A DNA stretch of 64,000 bases, taken from contig CAZMZH010000001.1 in assembly GCA_964570665.1 (NCBI GenBank), positions 210 through 64,209 on the forward strand. Reading direction: 5' to 3'. Below, piece by piece: positions 57,821 to 64,000 of this stretch. This stretch comes from an uncultured Nitrospinota bacterium (GTDB lineage Bacteria; Nitrospinota; Nitrospinia; Nitrospinales; JAJDAT01). Made by a program: the position numbers and the translations under genes. Positions within the stretch are counted from its first letter, which is position 1, and each line of letters begins with the position of its first letter. A model generated the notes under the pieces. That model did not search any database and was not told the DNA's origin. It saw only the letters and a list, made by a program, of their open reading frames with translations.

Positions 57821-58076
57821 TTGAGGCGAGAGCCTGGCCTGAGCTTGTCGAAGGCAAGTGCGACCACCTTTAATTTACGCAAAGGCTCCTCGAAAAAACT
57901 AGAATTGCAAAACCATGACTGCGCGTCATCCTAAAGAGATCGCCATTGATGAGCTTGTGCTGAGCGCAGCCGAAGTAGTGAAAGACCCAGGTTAAGTTTT
58001 CAACATTCGAGTACGAGCTACAGCAAACCATTCCGCGCGTCATCCCGAGCTTGTCGAGGGATCTCGCCTTGGACTT
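57821..58076 (-). repeat. Two tandem copies (B1 about 57821-57945, B2 about 57946-58076) of the GC-rich modular repeat, in reverse orientation
   Basis: The reverse complement of 58040-58075 is ggcgagatccctcgacaagctcgggatgacgcgc (compare 63821-63853). The reverse complement of 57893-57945 is aggatgacgcgcagtcatggttttgcaattctagtttttt (compare 18280-18320). Both copies carry a third module, ccttcgacaagctcaggcc / cttcggctgcgctcagcac. Confidence 0.8.
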
Positions 58077-58117
58077 TTTTCTTCATTAGCTCTTAAAAAT
58101 CAGCGCCACTTATAACT

Positions 58118-58495
58118 ATGGGATTATTCGACATATTCAAAAAGTTTGGCGGAGAAACAGAAAAACCTCCTCCACCACAAAAAACGTCTTTAGAACTATT
58201 GGAAATCGAACTACAAGGAAATATGGATCAATTCAATCGGTTTCATAAAGAAGTAGAAATCGGTTTAGGGAAAGCCGAATATTTCAAAACGGAAGTTTGG
58301 GATCACTTTAAAGAAGAGCTGGCAGAACCACAAAAGCAGGCATTTGAAAATGCCTATGAATTGATTCAGAAAATGAACGAAGAGTTGAGCCTTTTAGAGG
58401 TCGAAAAAAACGGCTACATCAAAGGCAACATCTCCCGCGAATCCAAAGACGATGGAAAAGCTATTTTAAAAAAGGCGTTAAATAAAATCCATTAG
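58118..58495 (+). CDS. Hypothetical 125-aa helical protein
   Basis: ORF only, with no recognised motif. It is convergent with 58506..59267, with a 10-nt gap. Confidence 0.4.
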   Translation: MGLFDIFKKFGGETEKPPPPQKTSLELLEIELQGNMDQFNRFHKEVEIGLGKAEYFKTEVWDHFKEELAEPQKQAFENAYELIQKMNEELSLLEVEKNGYIKGNISRESKDDGKAILKKALNKIH

Positions 58496-58505
58496 AGTTA
58501 GTCCA

Positions 58506-59267
58506 TTATCCTCCATCTAAGGTTTTATTTTTCCAAAGGGATAATTGGGAGCTTGTATTAAACCCAATAAACCCTTTTTCTTTTTTCAGAAATTTTTCAT
58601 CCTCTTTATTTTTAAATGATAATTTCTGACTTTTATTAGAATTTTTATTTTTTTTCGTTTTATCTCGAAACTCAGGTTTTTGACCTCTATATATTACTGG
58701 CTTAGGGCCAAATTTTCCAAGCTCTTCAAGTGTCATATAAATATCATCCGTATTCTGAGCCGCATAAATTCTTAATTGAAAGTCAATAAGGTCAAATTTA
58801 TCCTTGTTCACATAAAACATTAAATCTCTATTTAAAGTTTCATTTGGCCGAATAGAATTATCGCTAAACGTCAGTCCTGAAGAAATTAATGAGAAATTAG
58901 CAGATTCAAACCCTTGTGATAAATTACTCTCCCTTCCATTTTTAAATATTTTCTCAAGTAGTTTTAAAAACTCATTTGAACTTTTTCTTTTAACCACTGT
59001 TTTGCTACCAAAAACGATATAATAACTTTTTAAAAGAAATAGTTCCTTTTGCCCACGATTTTCAAGCTTTAATTTGGCTAATATTGCCAAAGAGTTTCCA
59101 TCTTTTCCAACCTTTTGCAATTCAATTTTTGGGGTAAGGTTGGCAGATAAATCTTTTAATTCTAACTGAAAATAAAAAGTATAAACTGCCCACATTCCGG
59201 CCATCAAAATTCCTAAAAGTTGCATCCATTTAAGCGATCCGTCTACTATTTTTGACGATCTACTCAT
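58506..59267 (-). CDS. Hypothetical N-terminally anchored membrane protein with a Lys-rich tail
   Basis: One TM helix (WMQLLGILMAGMWAVYTFYF). Low GC. No recognised motif. Confidence 0.5.
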   Translation of the reverse strand: MSRSSKIVDGSLKWMQLLGILMAGMWAVYTFYFQLELKDLSANLTPKIELQKVGKDGNSLAILAKLKLENRGQKELFLLKSYYIVFGSKTVVKRKSSNEFLKLLEKIFKNGRESNLSQGFESANFSLISSGLTFSDNSIRPNETLNRDLMFYVNKDKFDLIDFQLRIYAAQNTDDIYMTLEELGKFGPKPVIYRGQKPEFRDKTKKNKNSNKSQKLSFKNKEDEKFLKKEKGFIGFNTSSQLSLWKNKTLDGG

Positions 59268-59377
59268 AATTTGTCCTTCAAACTTTAAAAGTTCGTAGAA
59301 TATAATTTTATGAATACAATAGAGCTATTCAGCCCAATGGCGTCTTTTATAGGAAGGAATATTCTGCAACACTAAGA

Positions 59378-59403
59378 AAACGGCGGTAAAAATACCGCCG
59401 TTT
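59378..59403 (-). terminator. Strong hairpin terminator after the 995-aa lipoprotein gene
   Basis: AAACGGCGGTA-aaaa-TACCGCCGTTT is a perfect 11-bp stem. On the minus strand it is followed by TTTTCTT. It lies 45 nt after the stop. Confidence 0.7.
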
Positions 59404-59447
59404 CAAATGAACTTGAAGAAGAAAAAAGACTAGTTATTCACGGGCAA

Positions 59448-62435
59448 CTATGGCTTCTTCGGCTTCTCCTCCGGCTTAATAGACTCACTAAGTACGGTTA
59501 CTTGAGTATTGAATTGAGCGACGTTCGACATTCTTCGTTGATTGTGTTTCGCAACAAAATCATGAACGTTTTGCGATAGGGAAGCGATAGCTTTAGTTTT
59601 GATCTCTGCCTGATTGTTAATTGGTTTCCTATCGGATTTTTGAATCGCTTTTTTCGCTCGGTTATAAAAACTATTTACAGCATTTAAACGCGTAATAAAA
59701 TCATTTGCAGGGTTTAGGTTATTTTCTTTAGTCGGTGTTAGTGGGGCTTTTTTGGTCTTCTCTTTATACTCCTCATCACGGGCTGCAACATCAAGTTCCT
59801 TTTCAAGAGCCTCAATGATATTAACCTTATCAGCGTGGGATTTAAATAATTCCTTCCAACCCGTTTTAATAAAATCTTCCAGCCCCTCTTCTTTGCCCTC
59901 ATTACCGGAAATCCCTTTGACCAAAGCGATTAAGTCTTCCTGAGCTTTCTTTTTAAATATCTTCTCAAACTTGTTCAATTGGCGCTTCAGAAGAGGTTCA
60001 GGTTTAGCGAATTCATTTCCCGAAGCATCTGTACCTCGTATAGAAGAAGTCATGTCCGCTCCCAAAGCGCCTCCAGCGCCAAAAAGAGCCAGATTTTTAG
60101 CGGACTTTATAATATCCTTGGGATCGGCCGACATATTCTTGACCGTCCAGTTGCCAATGTCATCCTTCATCAAAACGTAATTGGTATTGCCTGCGGCAGA
60201 GAGTTGGATGCGGTTAATACTCTGCCAAAACTGTTTGTCTATTTCTTGCTGAGTCTTAACCTTATTATCGCCCACTGCCGTACCCAATAAAGGAATACTT
60301 CTCATTCCAAATTTAGTGAGCAGGTTTTCCCACACGGTAGCTCCATCCTCTTGTAGACTGGTCGATGGAAAGCTGGTTCTTAAATAAGCCGAAGCCGGGC
60401 GCAACCTCACCATACCAGCCCGCACTTCTTCAGCAGATTTAATGGCTTTCTTTAAATTTTTAACTTCTGGCTTATCTTCCCCTTTATCTCGGATTTGCGC
60501 TATCAATTCGTAACGCAAACTCTTAATAAACTCATCTAACACTTGTTTGCTATTTTGAGCTTTATCTCCACCCTTAAGAGAAATTTTATTCCCGGCCAAA
60601 TCTAAACCTTGTTGTCGAGATAGCGCTTCAAGAGACTGAGCTCCGCTTTGCCTCTGATCATAACCCCATTGCTTTTGAAGTTCGTCTACCTGTACCGTGA
60701 TAGAGTTTCCCACTGCCTGTAATACTTGAATATAACTTGAGATCTTATTATCTTTTCCAAATAAAGTCGCGTTATTTCCAATAACCAAAACCTTTTGCGC
60801 AAACCGCGCAAGCGCATCAAATAGGAGGTGACGGGCCCTATCCTTTTCTGCTAAAGAAGTATTCCTTTCGGTCGTATTTAAAAACCGCTCAATTAATTGG
60901 TCTAAACCGGCATCCAATCTGCCGCCGCCTAAACTACCCGAGACTTTACCTAACAGCGTTTTTGCAGATTCTGCCGCCGCTTTAATAGCAGGTCTACTTC
61001 TTATTGGTCCCTTCGCAATCCCAAAACGGCTTCTCCATTGATCTTTATTGGCGCTCTTGGTAAACATTTCATCTGCTAAAAGTAGCGTTTGAGCAACCTC
61101 AAAAGGAGAGTTTTTAATTTGTTCAATTAAAGCATCCATAAATGCATCAACCTTTTTAGGATAATTTTTCTTAATGGCAAAAGTTTTCTTCCACGAACCT
61201 CCTTCATTCTTTAAGCCAGGAACCGCTCTAAGATTCTCTTTAAGATCATTCCATAATAATCTAATAGATTTATCATCTTGCCCTTGATGAAGAGCCATTA
61301 TTGTATATCGCGGCGACAATAATTTATTAATCAATGAAGGAACGTCTTCCAAAAATTCTTTATTATTTACGCTACTCTCACCCCTGCTCAGTTGGTTGGT
61401 GAGACGTAAAATACTTCTTAATAGGCTCTGAACCGTTTCGCGCGTTGTATTAAAGGATTGCGCTGCAGAATTCACATTTTGAATAAACTGAGATTTTTGA
61501 GATGAATCACCATCACCAAATAAAATATCCGCGTGATTTTTAATCAATAAATCGTTATCAGCCAAAGCCTTGAATTTGGATGTAGCGCTGGCGTGACTTT
61601 CGTCTTTAGAGTTAGCTAATCTATTTACCAACCCGTCAATTATTTTATCCTGCTCTAATAAAAGGAGATCGGTTAAGGGGCTTCCGATTTTATCTTTTGA
61701 CGAGTTTGATTCGATTGAATCCCGTAAAGCTTTATGCGCAGAAAAAATGCCTCCGATATCACGGAGATTTCTCTTGGGAGATAAGAAGCTTTCATATGCT
61801 TTGCGCAATTTTTCTACTTTTTCTTTAATATCATCCTTATCGATACCGTCTATATCTTCTAAACCAAAACGAGAATTAAAGTTTTTATCGCAGCAAATCT
61901 TGTCATAAGATTGCCAAACTTTTTGCAATTTATTACGTTGGCCTTGGTTGGGAGATAAAATAGAGTCATTAAGAAAGTAATCTGTAATGGATTTTTTAAC
62001 TATTAAAATATCTTCGGTAAGGATAGGATCCTGAAACTGGCGGTTATCATATAAACTTAAAATAGAATTTATCTGAGCCGCTTGTCCACTGCAAAACTTG
62101 TAACTACCATCAGGAATGATACCGCTTCGATAGTTTGGTTTTGCTCGGAAAACTGCCCATTTTGATAGACAACCATTACGTGCAACATCGGGTTTAGCAT
62201 TATCCTCCGAGTTTGGAAATTCTCTTTTCTCCAACTTATTACGCAATTGGATCAATAATGGTTTTGCTCCAATAGCCATGACTGCTGTCTGTTGAGCTAG
62301 GACATCTTCGTTATTTGCAAGAGGTCCTTTGTAAACGTCTACATCAATTGTTAGAGCAGCACAACCATTTAAAACTAAAAAGAAAATAATGGATATACAA
62401 GTTTTCAGTTGTCGGTAGTTTTTAGAATAATTCAT
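59448..62435 (-). CDS. Uncharacterised 995-aa lipoprotein
   Basis: Signal and lipobox FFLVLNGCAAL. Mostly helical and charged sequence with no motif I recognise. The start overlaps the upstream stop (ATGA). Confidence 0.75.
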   Translation of the reverse strand: MNYSKNYRQLKTCISIIFFLVLNGCAALTIDVDVYKGPLANNEDVLAQQTAVMAIGAKPLLIQLRNKLEKREFPNSEDNAKPDVARNGCLSKWAVFRAKPNYRSGIIPDGSYKFCSGQAAQINSILSLYDNRQFQDPILTEDILIVKKSITDYFLNDSILSPNQGQRNKLQKVWQSYDKICCDKNFNSRFGLEDIDGIDKDDIKEKVEKLRKAYESFLSPKRNLRDIGGIFSAHKALRDSIESNSSKDKIGSPLTDLLLLEQDKIIDGLVNRLANSKDESHASATSKFKALADNDLLIKNHADILFGDGDSSQKSQFIQNVNSAAQSFNTTRETVQSLLRSILRLTNQLSRGESSVNNKEFLEDVPSLINKLLSPRYTIMALHQGQDDKSIRLLWNDLKENLRAVPGLKNEGGSWKKTFAIKKNYPKKVDAFMDALIEQIKNSPFEVAQTLLLADEMFTKSANKDQWRSRFGIAKGPIRSRPAIKAAAESAKTLLGKVSGSLGGGRLDAGLDQLIERFLNTTERNTSLAEKDRARHLLFDALARFAQKVLVIGNNATLFGKDNKISSYIQVLQAVGNSITVQVDELQKQWGYDQRQSGAQSLEALSRQQGLDLAGNKISLKGGDKAQNSKQVLDEFIKSLRYELIAQIRDKGEDKPEVKNLKKAIKSAEEVRAGMVRLRPASAYLRTSFPSTSLQEDGATVWENLLTKFGMRSIPLLGTAVGDNKVKTQQEIDKQFWQSINRIQLSAAGNTNYVLMKDDIGNWTVKNMSADPKDIIKSAKNLALFGAGGALGADMTSSIRGTDASGNEFAKPEPLLKRQLNKFEKIFKKKAQEDLIALVKGISGNEGKEEGLEDFIKTGWKELFKSHADKVNIIEALEKELDVAARDEEYKEKTKKAPLTPTKENNLNPANDFITRLNAVNSFYNRAKKAIQKSDRKPINNQAEIKTKAIASLSQNVHDFVAKHNQRRMSNVAQFNTQVTVLSESIKPEEKPKKP

Positions 62436-63454
62436 AGTTTTTTCTCTTCTAAGTCTTTAACTCTAGTTTTAAGATTATCCAATTCTTTTTGTCTTTTAAT
62501 GTTCTCATTAAGAAGTTGTTCTGTATTATCAGTAGAAGTTTCTACCGCTTGAATAGCAGTTCCAGTATTGTCTACGGCTGATTTCGCGGTACTTGCCGAT
62601 GTTTCCGCCCTTTGATCGGCTTTATCTGCGGACTCTTTTGATAATTTTGCGTGGCCTTCCGCCTTAATCACCTCTGCTTTAGCCTCCTTTGCATCATTCT
62701 CAGCCTTTTTTGCGGATTTATTCGCCTCTAGAACTTGCTTGGCGGCTTTTGCTACTTGTTGCGTGGCAGTTACCACCTCTTGCTCCACTACCATCACCTG
62801 TTGCTGCGCATTTTCAAGCTCAAACTTATGATTCAGGTCTTTCAGTTGTCCTTGTTCGCTTTGAATATCAAGGAAAGTTTGAAGAAGGACATCCTTCACT
62901 TCGCTTTCACTCAACTCACTTTGAGCTTGGCTGATATCGCCTATAACGGAGTCCATAGCGCCAAAATATTCTTCCGGGCTAGCGCCCATTACGATAACCA
63001 AACGATGGTCGGCTGGCGCCTCGCGGAACCCTTCGGGTCCAAACATCACCATCCTACGCCCTGTTTTGAGCGCGGCCATTTGTTCATCCGTGCCTTTTTC
63101 AAACTGCGCGTTATTAGACTTGGAGGCATCGCCAAATGATATCCTAGAGCTTAGAGAATCCACCAGTTTAGCGGGAACCCAACCCGAACCGAATTTCATC
63201 AAACTAAACGAACTAGCCTGTCCCCGTACCGTAACGCGATAAACGGTAGGCGGTACCTGTTCCTGAGGATCGAACATTCCCAAGTAATAGACTTGTTCAA
63301 GTTGATGACCGGGAGTCGAACCTAAAACTGCCGTGGCGCCTATTGCACCACCAATGATTTGCCCTTCTGTAGAACATCCATTTGCAAATGGAATACAGAA
63401 CACAATAAGAAGAATTTTTAGTATTGAAGCGTGAATTCTTTTAAAAATCCGCAT
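62432..63454 (-). CDS. Uncharacterised 340-aa lipoprotein: glycine-zipper segment, globular domain, long Ala/Lys/Glu-rich coiled coil
   Basis: Lipobox IPFANGCS. GQIIGGAIGATAVLGSTPG is a glycine zipper. The C-terminal 150 aa is helical (AKAAKQVLEANKSAKKAENDAKEAKAEVIKAEGHAK...). AAGGA SD upstream. Confidence 0.75.
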   Translation of the reverse strand: MRIFKRIHASILKILLIVFCIPFANGCSTEGQIIGGAIGATAVLGSTPGHQLEQVYYLGMFDPQEQVPPTVYRVTVRGQASSFSLMKFGSGWVPAKLVDSLSSRISFGDASKSNNAQFEKGTDEQMAALKTGRRMVMFGPEGFREAPADHRLVIVMGASPEEYFGAMDSVIGDISQAQSELSESEVKDVLLQTFLDIQSEQGQLKDLNHKFELENAQQQVMVVEQEVVTATQQVAKAAKQVLEANKSAKKAENDAKEAKAEVIKAEGHAKLSKESADKADQRAETSASTAKSAVDNTGTAIQAVETSTDNTEQLLNENIKRQKELDNLKTRVKDLEEKKL

Positions 63455-63754
63455 CCTGAATCCTTTCCAATAATGAAACAGGTTTTATAGCTCCATGAGA
63501 GTCTTAAAAACCAGATACATATTTGCCTAAGCAAAATTAATATTTTTGATTTTTGGAGCTTATAACATTAATTGTAAAAACAAAAGTTTTTTTTTGGCTT
63601 TCGTACAATTTTTTTTATTATCAAAATAATCTAATGAAAAGCTTTGTTTTTTGGCTAGATCGTAATTGAAATAAAATATCGGCAATCGCGCTTTTTTCGA
63701 CGGGTTGAACAGACTGTTAAATCGTGCTGAATTAAGCCGGGTAAGGAATTAATT

Positions 63755-63952
63755 TTATTGAATCGAGGCGACCCTTCGACAGACTCTAAGGAAATAGAGT
63801 GGAAATATTTATTGAATCGAGGCGAGATCCCTCGACGGCGCTCGGGATGACATGCGGTGGGGACTTTGCAACTCTAGTTCCTTTTTCAATCAACGCGTGA
63901 AACGAGTCAAGAGATCGGAATGCCCCTTCGAGAGCCTCAGGGCAAGCTAAGC
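63755..63952 (+). repeat. Copy C (full three-module copy 63821-63950) of the GC-rich repeat, preceded by a partial module-1 duplication (63755-63780)
   Basis: ttattgaatcgaggcga occurs at 63755 and 63809. ggcgagatccctcgacggcgctcgggatgac, then caactctagttcctttttcaatcaacgcgtgaa, then ccccttcgagagcctcagggcaagc. Confidence 0.8.
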
Positions 63953-64000
63953 GGTAGGTACTTTGTTCGCAATGCTTTTTTTCGATCTTCAATTACTTGG

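Noticed and set aside
62689-63139. Plus-strand ORFs 62689..62934 and 62735..63139
   Set aside because: They are antisense shadow frames of the coiled-coil (GCN/AAR-rich) part of the 340-aa lipoprotein gene.
63786-63992. 68-aa ORF (..PPHVIPSAVEGSRLDS..)
   Set aside because: It is read straight across the GC-rich repeat copy C. Such peptides are typical translation artefacts of this repeat type, and the same element occurs in both orientations elsewhere.
52400-64000. Prophage or integrative element interpretation of the unusual right-hand region
   Set aside because: I recognised no integrase, recombinase, transposase, tRNA attachment site, capsid, portal or terminase gene. Only the composition shift and flanking repeats support mobility.

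Overview
This is an AT-rich bacterial chromosomal segment, roughly 40% GC by eye, with local extremes near 25% and 47% on hand-counted sample lines. Lipobox lipoproteins, a lytic transglycosylase and an M23 peptidase point to a Gram-negative-type envelope. I support about 60 protein-coding genes. I found no rRNA, tRNA, CRISPR array, transposase, integrase or phage structural gene.

Housekeeping anchors are secA (partial), aroK, rplU-rpmA-obg, tig and ispG. Several accessory modules sit between them:
- An envelope cluster holds an M23 peptidase, a 1150-aa hyper-acidic tandem-repeat protein (zinc ribbon to FliL-like domain), an SLT transglycosylase and a small diheme cytochrome lipoprotein.
- A run of eukaryote-like repeat proteins includes three RNI-type LRR paralogs, Sel1/Hcp-like proteins, a pentapeptide protein, a J-domain/TPR protein and a TMTC-like TPR glycosyltransferase.
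- An oxidative and metal stress set includes divergent katA/oxyR, a Prx5-like peroxiredoxin, cytochrome P460 with DUF4383, YHS and TetR genes, a CadI/ArsI-SigZ-GNAT operon, an AhpD-like protein and an EthD protein.
- Sensor kinases and response regulators are scattered through the window.

The most unusual part is 52.5-64 kb. It starts with a very AT-rich voltage-sensor-type channel that has no recognisable selectivity filter. Next comes an AAA_5/MoxR-like ATPase coupled to a 612-aa orphan partner with a TraB/TIKI/DUF5682-like N-terminus and no VWA protein. Last is a roughly 5.7-kb block of four orphan genes. Its core is a translationally coupled pair of lipoproteins (340 aa and 995 aa). The block is bracketed by oppositely oriented copies of a roughly 125-nt GC-rich modular repeat, which also occurs at 18.26 kb.

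All functional calls come from motif recognition by eye on the supplied translations. No database search was run.
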